Shown here one piece after another: positions 8,952 to 20,214 of a DNA stretch of 64,000 nt. This DNA comes from an uncultured Gemmatimonadales bacterium (lineage in GTDB: Bacteria > Gemmatimonadota > Gemmatimonadetes > Gemmatimonadales > Gemmatimonadaceae): assembly GCA_963850905.1 (NCBI GenBank), contig CAWKMU010000004.1:384001-448000 (forward strand), read 5' to 3'. A program made the translations under genes and the position numbers. Each line of letters starts with the position of its first letter. The first letter of the stretch is position 1. The notes beneath the pieces are model-generated. The model was not told the origin of the DNA, did no database searches, and worked only from the letters and a program-made list of their open reading frames with translations.

Positions 8952-10526
8952 TTACGGGCACTGTAAACTCCAACTGCCTCCGCGCGAGGAGATCTCGGAC
9001 GGCGGCAACGTTGCAATGGTATTGTGAAAGTCAGTGGCCTTGACGGCCGCATCGACAACCGCATCTGGGCCCGAGTGCGCGGCCCACGTGGTGTCCGCCG
9101 TCAACTGGAGGCCATACATGCGAATGGCAATGACGCGGTCAGCACTGCCCTCCAAGACCGTCGAGATCCGTTGTTCTTTGAGCAGGCTGTCACGAACTGC
9201 CGTGTAGGTGGAGGCAATCGTGAGCGGGGCGCCGAACCCGCCGGCCTGTTGATGGACCGTGTTGATCAACGAGATCGCGTTCGCGAAGTTGCCAAGCCCG
9301 AGCTGGATTTGCGCTCGCACCAGCGCGAGCTCCTCGGCGCGCACGATCGGAACCGGACTGTTGACCGTCGCGTACGGCAGGTACAGGTGCGGGTTCGCGA
9401 CGCCAGCGTAGGTCCCGACTTGGACCACCTGCTGGTCGACGACGAACTTGTTCTTCCACCGGAGGTCGTTCAGCGTGTCGACATCATTCGTGAAGTCGAA
9501 CGTCGTGACGAACTCGAAATAGTTCCCGTTGATCGGGTTTACTTGGTCGCCCGAGGCGCCACTGAACGTGTGGTAGACCCCATTGGCGTCGAGCGCGAAA
9601 TTGCCGACCGCCGGCGGTTTGATCGCCGCGAGGCTATAGAGAGCGGATGCAGTGAGCGCACTGTCCGCCCGCAGCAACGCGGCCGTGTTGGGCGAGCCCG
9701 GTGAGCTGGGCGTCGGCGCGGCGCCCGTGCCGCGTGCAATGGCGTACGCCAGCTCCAGACCTGCCTTTCCGGCAAGCGCACGGTTGAATGCGGCGAACGA
9801 TCCCGGCGCTGTGCTCGGAGACGCGGTCTGCGAGACCGACCCAAATCCCGCCGGTAGGTTGATCGGCAAGGCGACCGACCCCGCCGTGTTGAGCTGACTG
9901 AACCCCGAGTCGAGCAAGGCAACAATGTACGCCCACACGTCCTTGTTGCAGTACGGCGGGTCTGTCGGATTCTGGTCGATCGCGTACAGCGGGACCCCAA
10001 GCGTGTCGCGAGTCTCGGCCAGATACATGAAGTTGAGCGCCTTCATCGTCTGCACGACGCCAGTGATGGCCGCAGCCTGGGCCGGGGTGTACGTCGAGAC
10101 GTGCGACAGGCTCGCGATGATCAGGTTCGACTGCTTGGCGTTCTCATACTCATCGTTCCATACGCCACAGCAAATGAGGGTGGTGTTGGCGTTCGCCCCC
10201 GGGACGAGCCCGGCGACGTCGGTGAGCGTGTTCGGGCTCGCACCGAGGAAAAAAAACAGGTCGCGCGCGAACCCGGTCGTGAACCAGAGGTAATCGGCCT
10301 GATCGCTGCGGGTCGCGCCAAACAATCCCATCACGGCGTTCTGCACGCCGGTCGCCGACGACGGGATGCTGGTTGGCGAGTCGAAGTACGGGACGGCGGT
10401 GTCGTTGCATCCCAACGCAACGGCGAGCACGGAGGAACCAATGAGCGCGCGCGTCCACGTTCGACGGGTGCGAAGGGCACTGCCGCACGCCGCGATTGCA
10501 GTCCTGAAGAAGAATGTATCGCTCAT
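8952..10526 (-). CDS. SusD/RagB-like lipoprotein
   Basis: Lipobox ALGC, PIVRAEELALVRAQ, LLKEQRISTVLEG; directly downstream of the susC-like gene. Confidence 0.85.
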   Translation of the reverse strand: MSDTFFFRTAIAACGSALRTRRTWTRALIGSSVLAVALGCNDTAVPYFDSPTSIPSSATGVQNAVMGLFGATRSDQADYLWFTTGFARDLFFFLGASPNTLTDVAGLVPGANANTTLICCGVWNDEYENAKQSNLIIASLSHVSTYTPAQAAAITGVVQTMKALNFMYLAETRDTLGVPLYAIDQNPTDPPYCNKDVWAYIVALLDSGFSQLNTAGSVALPINLPAGFGSVSQTASPSTAPGSFAAFNRALAGKAGLELAYAIARGTGAAPTPSSPGSPNTAALLRADSALTASALYSLAAIKPPAVGNFALDANGVYHTFSGASGDQVNPINGNYFEFVTTFDFTNDVDTLNDLRWKNKFVVDQQVVQVGTYAGVANPHLYLPYATVNSPVPIVRAEELALVRAQIQLGLGNFANAISLINTVHQQAGGFGAPLTIASTYTAVRDSLLKEQRISTVLEGSADRVIAIRMYGLQLTADTTWAAHSGPDAVVDAAVKATDFHNTIATLPPSEISSRGGSWSLQCP

Positions 10527-10527
10527 G

Positions 10528-13509
10528 TCAGAGGCCCAGGTCGAGAGACAGGAAGTAGCTACGGGATGGCGGATACGGTGTGATCTGATCTCCGCGGATG
10601 ACGTTTTGGCTGCCGACCGAGCTGCCCTCGGGGTCGAGTCCATCATAGCCCTTCCCCCACCACATGAGCAGGTTGCGACCGATCAGCGACAGCCGGGCGC
10701 TCGAGACGAACGACCCAGGAATGCGGTTGACCATCTTCGCCGGTAGCGTGTACGCCAGCGAGACCGTGCGCAGCTTGAGAAACGACGCCGACTGCTCGCG
10801 CGGCGTGAGTCCCGCCTCCGTCTCTCGGATGAACGACGCCGAGCGCGCCGAGTCACCCCAGAGCCATGGGCCGAATGCGAAGTACGCGTCCTCGTTATTT
10901 CGCACGAATGCGCCCCTATTCCACTCCAACAGGCCTGACACACGCACGGGGCCATAGCTCACACCGTTGTTCCAGGTCACGTCGAAGCCGGGCTGCGCAT
11001 CGCCGACTTGTAACGGGTAACCGTTTGGCTCCGTGATCGCGTTGTTCACGAGCTCCGACACCGACCGGCCTGGATCGATCCATCCGTTTCGACCGCCCGA
11101 GGGTGCGAACGGCGCGAGCGGAATCGAGTTCACGACGCTGTAGTTGCGGTAGAACGTCAGACCGGTGTTCCAGCTGAAGCTGTTGCGCATCTGAACCGGC
11201 GTCGCGTTGAGTCCGATCTCCGCCCCCTGATTCGTGAACTCGCCGCCGTTGATCCACTCGGCGATGTAGCCGCGCGACGGATTCACCCCCGCCTGCAGCA
11301 GTACGTTGTTGATGCGCTTCTGGTAGACCGTGAACGTGAGTTGGGCGCGCGAATGCAGGAACGTCGCATCGAAACCCAGCTCAGTCTCGGTCTCGGACTC
11401 GGGCTTGACGTTCGGATCCCCCAGCAGCGTATCGGGTCCAACGGCAGGAGCGGAGCCGACGACGACCGCTGGGAACGGGCTGTAGCGCACGCCGTAGTTC
11501 GGCTGCGTCCCCGACTGGCCGTACGCCGCCCGGATCTTGAGCTCGTCGAGGAAGTCGACGAACTGCGGGATGCGGTAGGCCCCGGCAAAGTGTGGATAGT
11601 AGTAGAACTGGTTGATGTCACCGTCGTTGGTCGTGCGTTCGCCCGTGACACCGGCAGTGAGGGACAGCCGCTGCGACAGCGTGAGGACCTGTTCCTGGGC
11701 GTAGAGTGACTGGTCGCGCTGCGCCGTGCGGTTGTAGATGTTGGTCTGGACTGTGCCGATCGAGGGGTTGTTCACGCCGGCGATGACGTTCTGCGACACC
11801 GTGAACGGGTTGAGCAGATCCCGCCGCTCGCGGACGAACCCGACCGACGTCGTCGCGTCCAGCCATGAGAGACCCGTGTAGTGGTGAATCAGGTTGACCG
11901 AGTAGTTGATGTACTGGTCGTGCGTCGTTTGCGTCGTCGCGACCCCGGGGAGCGGCAGGCTCTGTTCGACCTGGAGCTGGGACGGTGCGTACAGCTCGTC
12001 CAATACGTTCGCGAGGTCGACGCCGCCAATCAGCGAGACCTGGAGCGATTGGTGCTCGGTGCTGTACGGGGTCCAGCTCAAGTTCCCCCCGCCGATGAAC
12101 CGCTGCACGTTTTCGGGCGTGCTGATATCCGCCGCGTCGGCGTACGGGTTCGCCGGTCCGAACGGGTTGAGGACCCAGCTGCCGTCAGCGTTCTGCCGGT
12201 TCATGTTGACGAACTGCGGAGTGTACGAGATGACATCGACCGGGCTGATACCATTGTTGTCGTTGCCCGAGATGCCGCGCCGGTCCACGCTGTTCGAGTA
12301 GAAGAGATTGGCCGAGACCGAGAGGTTGGGCCGGAACTGTTCGGTGAGGTTCGACCGAATCGACTGCTTGTTGTATCCGCTGTTGAGCAGAGGCCCATCG
12401 TCGTACTTCGAGAGCCCCGACAGGAAGTACTGCGTCGCACCAGAGGTCCCGCTCACGCTCAGATCGGTCTCGTAAGAGGCCTGGCCGTTGCCAAAGATCG
12501 ACGATTGATAGTCCTGCGGTCCGCCGTACACGCTGGCAATGTGTGCGTTGTCGGCGGCAATCTCCGCCGGCGTGCTGGCGAGCGTGAAGTCGTTGACGTA
12601 CCACGCCTGTGCGCTCGCGAGGGTTGGGAACTGTCGGACGTTCAGGAAGTGCGCGTCGGAGAAGTGCCCGACGTCCTGGGTGAACGCCCATCGGGGCTTG
12701 CCTGTAGTCCCCTTCTTCGTCGTGATGATCACGACACCGGACGACGCCTTGGAGCCGTAGATGGCCGACGCCGAGGCACCCTTGAGCACTTCGATGCTCT
12801 GGATGTCCTCCGGATTGAGATCCGCGATGCGGTTCACACCGAGGTCCTGATCGCTCGGTGCGACACCGCCCGCAGCCGCCGTGATGGCGTTGTTGCCGCC
12901 GTTCTGCGTGTCATTGTCGATGATCACCCCATCCAGCACGTAGAGCGGCGAGGCATTCGCATTGATCGAGGTGATGCCCCGGATCTGCACCTGCATGCCG
13001 CCGCCCGGCGCCCCACCGTTGTTCTGCTGGATGGAGGCGCCCGGGATCACCCCTTGTAGCGCGTTCTCGACCGTCGGGGCCGGGACCTCGTTCACCTGTT
13101 CCGCGCTGACCACGGCGACGGCATTGGCGGAGGCCTTCGCCGATACCGTGGTCGCGACGCCCGTCACCACTTCCGCCTCGAGGTGCAGGACGTCTCGGCG
13201 AAGCGTCACAACGTAGTCAGCCTGCCCCGGTGCGAGGGCGACCGTCTGTGCGAGGTAGCCGATCCGGCGGACTGTCAGCGTCGTCGCGTCGGCGGGTCGC
13301 CGCAGCGTGAACGTGCCGCTGTCGGTTGTGCTCGTGCCGATCGTCGTGCCGACAATGAGTACGACCGCTGCCGGCACGGGCGCTCGCGTCTCGTCGAGGA
13401 CACGCCCCGTGATCCGCCCTTCCTGCGCCCAACCCCGGGCGGAAACCGCCGAGAGTAGCGCAGCAACTGCGACACATCGGGTGAAGCGTTCTGATAGCGT
13501 ACGGCGCAT
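10528..13509 (-). CDS. SusC/RagA family TonB-dependent outer membrane receptor
   Basis: DLNPEDIQSIEVLKGASASAIYGSKASSGVVIITTKKG plug motif; N-terminal carboxypeptidase-like domain. Confidence 0.95.
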   Translation of the reverse strand: MRRTLSERFTRCVAVAALLSAVSARGWAQEGRITGRVLDETRAPVPAAVVLIVGTTIGTSTTDSGTFTLRRPADATTLTVRRIGYLAQTVALAPGQADYVVTLRRDVLHLEAEVVTGVATTVSAKASANAVAVVSAEQVNEVPAPTVENALQGVIPGASIQQNNGGAPGGGMQVQIRGITSINANASPLYVLDGVIIDNDTQNGGNNAITAAAGGVAPSDQDLGVNRIADLNPEDIQSIEVLKGASASAIYGSKASSGVVIITTKKGTTGKPRWAFTQDVGHFSDAHFLNVRQFPTLASAQAWYVNDFTLASTPAEIAADNAHIASVYGGPQDYQSSIFGNGQASYETDLSVSGTSGATQYFLSGLSKYDDGPLLNSGYNKQSIRSNLTEQFRPNLSVSANLFYSNSVDRRGISGNDNNGISPVDVISYTPQFVNMNRQNADGSWVLNPFGPANPYADAADISTPENVQRFIGGGNLSWTPYSTEHQSLQVSLIGGVDLANVLDELYAPSQLQVEQSLPLPGVATTQTTHDQYINYSVNLIHHYTGLSWLDATTSVGFVRERRDLLNPFTVSQNVIAGVNNPSIGTVQTNIYNRTAQRDQSLYAQEQVLTLSQRLSLTAGVTGERTTNDGDINQFYYYPHFAGAYRIPQFVDFLDELKIRAAYGQSGTQPNYGVRYSPFPAVVVGSAPAVGPDTLLGDPNVKPESETETELGFDATFLHSRAQLTFTVYQKRINNVLLQAGVNPSRGYIAEWINGGEFTNQGAEIGLNATPVQMRNSFSWNTGLTFYRNYSVVNSIPLAPFAPSGGRNGWIDPGRSVSELVNNAITEPNGYPLQVGDAQPGFDVTWNNGVSYGPVRVSGLLEWNRGAFVRNNEDAYFAFGPWLWGDSARSASFIRETEAGLTPREQSASFLKLRTVSLAYTLPAKMVNRIPGSFVSSARLSLIGRNLLMWWGKGYDGLDPEGSSVGSQNVIRGDQITPYPPSRSYFLSLDLGL

Positions 13510-14034
13510 TTGCAGCCTCCAAAGGTTGCAAGAAAGGATGTGGAGACAGCGCGAAAGAGGTGGACGCGTGGCTTCCCGTCGTCCCGGACGGGGCGCGGCG
13601 GATCGCGGGGACGGCGGTGCGATCGCCCTGGGCAAGACACAGCACGACTGGGAGAGGGTCTCGAACGCAGCATCATCAGCCGGCTTGGCCCACTCGCAAG
13701 GTGTTCGCTCGTCGCCCGAGAATGGACGGCGATGCGCAAGGTTGGACCAATGTGGTCGTTCCAGTGGTTGCCGCAAGAGCCATATGCAACCGGCCACGCG
13801 ACGCCCACCTATCCGACCAACGGTCGCACCTCGAGACCCGCGGGACCTAGGCGTGCGCCTCGCGGGCAATCGGCGCTGGCACCGCATTCTTCAGGCCATG
13901 TCCTTCGTCCGCTCTTCTTTATCTCCCTCCTCGCACATGACGCAGCGGTCGCCCTTCCAAATTGCGGCCGTTGGAGGCAATGTGGGTGGGTCCGAAACGC
14001 CAAATGAAACGCGCACACCGTTCGGGGAGGCGCC

Positions 14035-15480
14035 GTGCAGAGACGTATGGGTGGGCTGTGCGCAGTTGCGGCAAGCGCCGTCGCCATCATGGTCGGCGGA
14101 GCGCAGGTACCGGGGCAAACATCTGCGACGGCAGGACCGACCGACCAATCGCTGCCCACGAAGACCGGCGGCAGCGAGAACGTGCACCTGGTTGGACATG
14201 TGACGCTCGGCGGCCCGTTTCGAACGGCCGACGCGGATCTCGAACAGGAGCTCGCGCGCCCGTACGCCTACGTCGCCCAGCGGCGCGACCGGCCCGGCTT
14301 CTCCATCCTCGACCTCAAGGATCTGAACAACATCAAGGTCCTCTACCAATGGAAGATCGAGAACGCCGGGTTGCACGTCGGCGCTGGAGGATTGCGTACA
14401 AAGTACTTCAAACTGAACGGCCGGTATTACGTGGCCGCCTGCTTCCAGTTCCGCCAGGGCACGCCAGACGGTGATCTCGGCGCCATCATCTTCGACGTCA
14501 CCGGCCTGCCCGACACGAGCAAAGTGAAGGTCGTGGCTCGCATCCGCACGCCTGACGCGCCCGGCGGATTTCACAATCTGTTTGCGTACAAACACTCCGA
14601 CGGTCGCGTACTGCTGTTCACGACAACGACGGCGAACTACGCCAACATCTACGACATGCAGAAGCTGTTGGCGGGCGACAAGGATCAGGGACTTATCGGC
14701 AAGGTGCCGGTGCCCCCAGGGAACGCGCGGGCCGAGGTGCTACCAGGATTTCGCGACGTGCCGATCATGATGGTCGGGTACCACGACTTCTACGTCGCGT
14801 ACGACCCGGCACGGCAGCAGGACAAGTTCTACGGAGCGGGCGGTGGCGGCTACTACGTGTACGACATCACGAAGCCGGAGGACCCCAAGCTCATCACTTC
14901 GGTTCTCGGCATGGCGGGCGTCACCTGGGGCCACACGTTCACGCCGACGCCTGACGGGAATTTTGCGGTGACGGAGACGGAGTACCAGTGGGCGCCGCTC
15001 CGCATCTTCGATTTGCGCCCGGGCCTCGAGGGCAAGGTGGCCGCGATCACGCAGCCACTCTCCGTCTATCAAACGGATTGGAATGACCTGCTGCACAATC
15101 ACGAGGTGCGCTGGCCGTATGTCTTCGTCTCGGGATACGAGGACGGTCTGCAGATCTTCGACATGCAGGATCCCGCACACCTCAAGAACAAGGGCTGGTA
15201 TTACACCTGCGAGTGCACCCACGCGACGGGCAACGGGGGCAACCCCGACTACAGTGGCACGAGCGTCTACAACGGGGCCTTCGGCGTCATGGTGCGCAAT
15301 ACCAATGGCTTGATCATGATCACCGACTCCAACACGGGCGCCTGGTTCTTCAAGCTCGATGGCTTCACCGGCTGGAACGGGGAAGACTGGGGCATGCCGA
15401 ACATCTCGAGCGCACAGGACTGGGATCACGGCCCGCCAGGCGCTCGACCGCCCACCGGGAAAACGGCAGCGTCGTTGTGA
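14035..15480 (+). CDS. Secreted LVIVD-repeat-like beta-propeller protein
   Basis: Signal peptide; repeats such as GAIIFDVT, GYYVYDITKPEDP, GLQIFDMQDP; His motifs HN/HD/HT. Confidence 0.7.
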   Translation: MQRRMGGLCAVAASAVAIMVGGAQVPGQTSATAGPTDQSLPTKTGGSENVHLVGHVTLGGPFRTADADLEQELARPYAYVAQRRDRPGFSILDLKDLNNIKVLYQWKIENAGLHVGAGGLRTKYFKLNGRYYVAACFQFRQGTPDGDLGAIIFDVTGLPDTSKVKVVARIRTPDAPGGFHNLFAYKHSDGRVLLFTTTTANYANIYDMQKLLAGDKDQGLIGKVPVPPGNARAEVLPGFRDVPIMMVGYHDFYVAYDPARQQDKFYGAGGGGYYVYDITKPEDPKLITSVLGMAGVTWGHTFTPTPDGNFAVTETEYQWAPLRIFDLRPGLEGKVAAITQPLSVYQTDWNDLLHNHEVRWPYVFVSGYEDGLQIFDMQDPAHLKNKGWYYTCECTHATGNGGNPDYSGTSVYNGAFGVMVRNTNGLIMITDSNTGAWFFKLDGFTGWNGEDWGMPNISSAQDWDHGPPGARPPTGKTAASL

Positions 15481-15496
15481 GGAGCTAGGCGCTGGA

Positions 15497-15770
15497 AATC
15501 GGGTGACGGTGAGAAAGGCCGGATGACGGTTGACAGGTGACGGCCGATCGCAGCGCACCGCGACCGGCCCTGGACCGGTAGGGGCGACGCATTGCGTCGC
15601 CCGCCGTTGCCGTCGTATTTGGCGGTTGTTGCTACCCGCTACCCGCTACCCGAAACCCGTCACCCGCCACCCGCCACGCTACCCGCTACCCGCTACCCGC
15701 TACCCGCTACCCGCTACCCGGGGGTCCACCGTCCAGCGTCTAGCGTCTAACGTCCAGCGTCTAGCGTCTA
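15497..15770 (+). repeat. Composite element: G-rich arm, hairpin, REP (15578), (CTACCCG)n array and (CGTCTAG/CGTCCAG)n array
   Basis: Direct reading between convergent genes. Confidence 0.85.
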
Positions 15771-17232
15771 TTTGAGTTCCACAAACACCACCCCGTACCC
15801 CGACAGACTGACCGTCATGTTCGCCGTCGGAGTGGCGGACGTCGGGGTCGGGCCGGTCGTGGGATCGGTGCCGGCGTCGATCGTGATGAGCTGCGCAGTG
15901 TGGAAGCTGCCCAATGCAGAGAGGTCGAGCGAGACGACCACGGGCGCGCCGTGGCCGTTGTTGTCGCGCAGCGAGGCGACCGCGTGGTCGTCGACCATCA
16001 CCACGGCACTGCTGTCGTCGTTGCGGACGGCCAGGACCTCGACGTCCGCCGTGTCGCTGTTGGTGACGCGGAGGATGTTCGCGCCCGGCGACGACGGGAA
16101 GACACGCTCCAACCAGTAGTCGACCCAATACGACAGCTGCAGCGCGCCGGTGGTGCGATTGAATTCGCCGAACTGGGTGTCGCCGAAAAACGACCACTGG
16201 TAGAGCGCTTGCGCCCCGGCCTGCCCGACCTGCGCGAAGACGTACGGCCGCCACCCGGCAAAGAAGGCGCTCGACCCGCGCGGGTCGGTCACGAACGCGT
16301 TGCCGTTGCACGCACTGATGCCGTTGCCGAGGTTGAAGTCGGCGTTGACGTTGTTCTCGGTGATCCAGATCGGCGCCGACGCAGTCAAGGGATTGTTTTG
16401 GGCTGCAGCCTTGGCGCCCTGGACGCTCTGGGCGAAGACCGGGACCAGCGTCATGATCGCCGCGTCCGTCGAGGCCTGATTGCACACGGAATAGAGATGG
16501 ATCGCGACAACGTCGACGCGGGCCGTGATCGCGGACAATGCCTCGGGCAGATAATTCTGAATTGTATACTGGTCTCCAGTGACCTCTGCGGCGACGAACC
16601 GAAGCGATGGATCGACCGCCTGCATAGCCGTGACCGTCGCGTTGTAGAGCGTCGCGTCCTGGAAGTTGGTCAGGTTGTTGATGTTGGGTTCGTTGAAGAT
16701 GCCCCACCAGGTAATGGGATGTGAGCCCGGCGACGCGTGGTGGCCGTCGGAGGCGGAGAAGCCGCCGGTATTGTAGTACCGGACCATTTGCGCGGCGTAC
16801 GTGGCGAATTGCTGAAACGTGGTGTCAATCAGAATGGCCGTTCGCGTCGTACATGAATGACGGAGCCTGAGCGAGCTGCATCTCGGGACTGTGGTCGCCG
16901 ACCGTGAGCACGGGCTGCGTAGCGACATCCAGGTCCGTGAAGTCCCAGGTCGATGGACTCGTTTGCGGATTGCCATCGGTCCCCGATTGAATGCGGATGT
17001 GCTGGGGCTTGAGCGCGCCAAGGGGGCCCACCGCACCCGGATAGGCTTGGAAATCGTTCACATCGTAGGACCCGGGCTGAAAGCTCGTCGACATCGCCAG
17101 TGCCAGGCGCCCAGTCACCGCCGTCCCGACGTGCACCGAGATCTGGTGTGTGGGCGCCGGCCCCGCGCTGTCCCGGCAGCCGATGGCGACGAGCGCCAGG
17201 GCCAAGGCGGACGCTAGCTGTCGCGTGTCCAT
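15768..17232 (-). pseudogene. Clan GH-A (GH39-like) glycoside hydrolase lipoprotein, frameshifted near 16833
   Basis: Lipobox AIGC; WDFTDLD; after one extra T it reads GHLIDTTF...WGIFNEP (acid/base)...WITENN (nucleophile). May be a sequencing error. Confidence 0.75.
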
Positions 17233-17402
17233 TCGTCGTGCCTCCCAGCGAGTCACCTGACCCTCGCGCAAAGAATCTACAGCCCTGTCGGTGACGCGCG
17301 GACGAGTGCACAATTTGTTCGGGCGCGGTCACGTTGCAATGGTGACCGGCGGGGTGTGGCCACGCCCCTTCGTCGTCCCATCCTCAACCTCGGGTTGCAG
17401 CC

Positions 17403-18860
17403 ATGCGTGCTTCGTTCCTTGCTCGGGCGGTTGTCGGCGGGCTGGTCATGGCGCTCACGGTCGAGCACGTCGCGTCGGCACAGGAGAACGGCCGGCCGCT
17501 CGTCATCCTTCACGCGACGGTGATCGACCCCGCCACCTCCTCCGCACAACCCGATCGCGCCGTCGTGGTCCGTGGTCACCGCATTACCGAGGTCGGCCCC
17601 GCCGCGAGCGTCCGCGCGCCGGAGCACGCTCGCGTGGTCAATGCCACCGGGCAGTTTCTCATCCCAGGCCTCTGGGACATGCACGTGCACTCCGTCTTCG
17701 GCGACTGGTTCCCGGGTGGTCGCGACGTCATTCTGCCGCTCTTCATCGCCAACGGCGTGACCGGTGTCCGCGATATGGGCGGCGAACTGTCGGTGCTCCT
17801 TGGCTGGCGCGCGGCCATCTCGGCCGGCACGCTGGTCGGCCCTCGCATGGTCGTCGCGGGCCCTATGCTCGACGGATACCTCCCGGACGGCAAGAGCATG
17901 CGCTTCCCCAGCTCCGTGCCTGTCACATCGCCGGCCGACGCTGTGGCAGCCGTGCGCTCGCTGGCCTCGCAGCACGTGGATTTCATCAAGGTCCAGTCGG
18001 AGGTGCCGCACGACGCGTATCTCGCCGCCGCGGCCGAAGCGCATCGGCTGGGACTGCCGATCGTCGGGCACGTGCCCACTCGCGTCCGCGTGAGCGAGGT
18101 GATCAATGCTGGCCAGAAGAGCATCGAGCATCTCATGGGTCTCTTCGAAGGATGCTCGACGCAGGAGGATCGCTTCATCGCTGGCACCGGCAACATGCAG
18201 CTCCTGCTCGCGAGCTACGATCCCGTTCGGTGTGACGCGTTGCTGAAGCGGTTGGCGCGGGCGCAGGTCTGGCAGTGCCCGACGCTTGCCTGGCAGCGAG
18301 GGGAGACCTTGCTCGACTTGCTGGATCAGAACAACCAGCCCTTGGCCCGCTATGTCCCGATGTCGTGGCGCACGGGCTCCTGGCAAAAGTTCACCGATCA
18401 GATCATGGGCGACATCCGGAAGGATCCGTTGAGCCGACGGCAGGAATACTGGCACCGGAACCTGACCATGACCGGCGCGCTCCACCGCGCCGGCGTACCG
18501 ATCCTGGCGGGTACTGACGCCGCGCCCGGCGTGTTCGTCGTGCCGGGCTTTAGCCTCCACGACGAGCTCACGGAGATGGTGGCCGCCGGCCTCACGCCGA
18601 TGGAGGCGCTGCAAACCGCGACCAGCAATCCCGCGCGCTTCTGGAACCGAACCGATATCGGACGCGTCGCTCCCGGTACGCTCGCCGATCTCGTGCTGCT
18701 CGCCAAGGATCCGACGGTCGACATCCACAACACGACGACGATCCGCGCCGTCGTCGCCGACGGCCGACTCTACGATCGCGCTGCGCTCGATGGTCTCCTG
18801 CACGGCGTCGAGAGCGCCGCCAAGACCGCAGGTGCTACTGCGACCAAAGCAGGGACCTAG
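17403..18860 (+). CDS. Secreted amidohydrolase family protein
   Basis: PGLWDMHVH, GVTGVRDMG, SIEH, AGTDA, ADLVLL. Confidence 0.92.
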   Translation: MRASFLARAVVGGLVMALTVEHVASAQENGRPLVILHATVIDPATSSAQPDRAVVVRGHRITEVGPAASVRAPEHARVVNATGQFLIPGLWDMHVHSVFGDWFPGGRDVILPLFIANGVTGVRDMGGELSVLLGWRAAISAGTLVGPRMVVAGPMLDGYLPDGKSMRFPSSVPVTSPADAVAAVRSLASQHVDFIKVQSEVPHDAYLAAAAEAHRLGLPIVGHVPTRVRVSEVINAGQKSIEHLMGLFEGCSTQEDRFIAGTGNMQLLLASYDPVRCDALLKRLARAQVWQCPTLAWQRGETLLDLLDQNNQPLARYVPMSWRTGSWQKFTDQIMGDIRKDPLSRRQEYWHRNLTMTGALHRAGVPILAGTDAAPGVFVVPGFSLHDELTEMVAAGLTPMEALQTATSNPARFWNRTDIGRVAPGTLADLVLLAKDPTVDIHNTTTIRAVVADGRLYDRAALDGLLHGVESAAKTAGATATKAGT

Positions 18861-19390
18861 TCCAGGCGCTCTCCCCGCAAGATCGCATACAACAACTGGT
18901 CCACCACCGCCCCATCCTTGATCGCGCTTTCCCGCATCCGCCCCTCGAGCTGATAGCCGGCCTTCTCCAGTATCCGGGCGGACGCCGGATTCCACGCGAA
19001 GGGAACGGCGTACAGACGGCGGAGCTCGCGGTGGCGCTCGAACACATACCGCGTGAAGGCAGCGATCGCCGCCGACATGATCCCGCGCCCCCAGTACTCG
19101 GCGCCGAGCCAGTAGCCGACCTCGGCTGCGATTCGTTCGACGTCGTCGTGTAACGTGTACCCAATGCCCCCGACGGCCGCGCCCCCGGCATCGATGGCGA
19201 AGAACGTCTCGGGCTCACGCTCACGCGCCGCCGCAATGAATGCCCGTGCGTCCGCCAGTGAGTAGGGATGCGGAAAGCGGTCTCGCATGTTTCGCCAGAC
19301 CGTTCGGTCGTTCGCATGCTTCGCAACCGACGCCGCATCATCCTCACGCCACGAACGAATACGAGCAATGCCGAGATCGATGTTCACCAT
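18857..19390 (-). CDS. GNAT N-acetyltransferase (RimJ/RimL-like)
   Basis: AEVGYWLGAEYWGRGIMS, NPASARILEKAGY. Confidence 0.92.
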   Translation of the reverse strand: MVNIDLGIARIRSWREDDAASVAKHANDRTVWRNMRDRFPHPYSLADARAFIAAAREREPETFFAIDAGGAAVGGIGYTLHDDVERIAAEVGYWLGAEYWGRGIMSAAIAAFTRYVFERHRELRRLYAVPFAWNPASARILEKAGYQLEGRMRESAIKDGAVVDQLLYAILRGERLD

Positions 19391-19486
19391 GAATCGAAAT
19401 CCGGTGTGGGTACCGCGAACGGGACAAGTTACGCGCTTGACCGGCCGCTGGCCTGCTCCTCGGCAATCGGGGTTTCGCCAGCTGCA

Positions 19487-19635
19487 CGAGGGGCGACGCA
19501 TTGCCTCGCTCTCGCGCATCGTCGGCACAACCCCGATCGTCGCGTAGGGGCGACACTCTGCCCCGCTCTGGTCGCTGTGCACGGTGATTCGTGTTTCACT
19601 TTGTTCCCAGACCCCAAACCCCAGACCTCGCCGTT
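19487..19635 (+). repeat. Two degenerate REPs plus a heptamer array ending CCTCGCCGTT
   Basis: GAGGGGCGACGCATTGCCTCGC, GTAGGGGCGACAC, CCCAGACCCCAAACCCCAGACC. Confidence 0.7.
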
Positions 19636-19729
19636 AATCCCTCTCGCATCGTCCGCACAAGCCTGATCGTCAAGGGGGACCTAGGACCACTGGGTGCACG
19701 GGGCCGCTAGGGGTTTTGCTCCAGCGTGT

Positions 19730-20098
19730 ATGAGTGAGCCCTACGTCATTCAGGCGGCGGTCAACCTCGCGCGCCTCACCCGATGCTTTGATGCCGTCCG
19801 CTCAATGGACCGTCGTCGCGACCTGCTAGGTGGTGGGATGCGACGGCGCCGTCAGGAGTCGCGTGCCGCCGGCTACCAGCGGGCGATCCGCGACGCGCTC
19901 CGCGGACTCGGCGCGTCGCTCAGGTCGCGAGGCGTGGAACCGTTGGATGTGACTTCCGCGCTGCGCGACATCGTTGAGCTGGTCGTGCGCCTCGCAGCGC
20001 TCGGGAACCCGGCGCACTACCCCCATATGACGCGGCGCGCCGTCCAATGGGGAATCGAAGGCTACAACGGTGAATTTGCGACCCCGGTGAACCGGTAG
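19730..20098 (+). CDS. Hypothetical helical protein (C-terminal W-x-I-x-G-Y motif)
   Basis: ORF; C-terminal similarity to 58660-59130. Confidence 0.55.
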   Translation: MSEPYVIQAAVNLARLTRCFDAVRSMDRRRDLLGGGMRRRRQESRAAGYQRAIRDALRGLGASLRSRGVEPLDVTSALRDIVELVVRLAALGNPAHYPHMTRRAVQWGIEGYNGEFATPVNR

Positions 20099-20158
20099 GC
20101 CGTCCGCGCCCATACGGTTGTCCCGGGCAGGGTCGGGACGACACATTGCGTCGTGCCA

Positions 20159-20211
20159 TCCGCACCTGTGCCCGTGTCCCGCCTGGTAGGGGCGACGCAA
20201 TATGTCGCCCT
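20159..20211 (+). repeat. REP with the same upstream flank as the 7227 units
   Basis: CCGCACCTGTGCCCGTGTCCCGCCTGGTAGGGGCGACGCAATATGTCGCCC. Confidence 0.8.
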
Positions 20212-20214
20212 GCG

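Noticed and set aside
13743..13854. Weak GAC..GTC box-like sites upstream of susC
   Set aside because: Wrong spacing or only half-sites; not counted in the regulon
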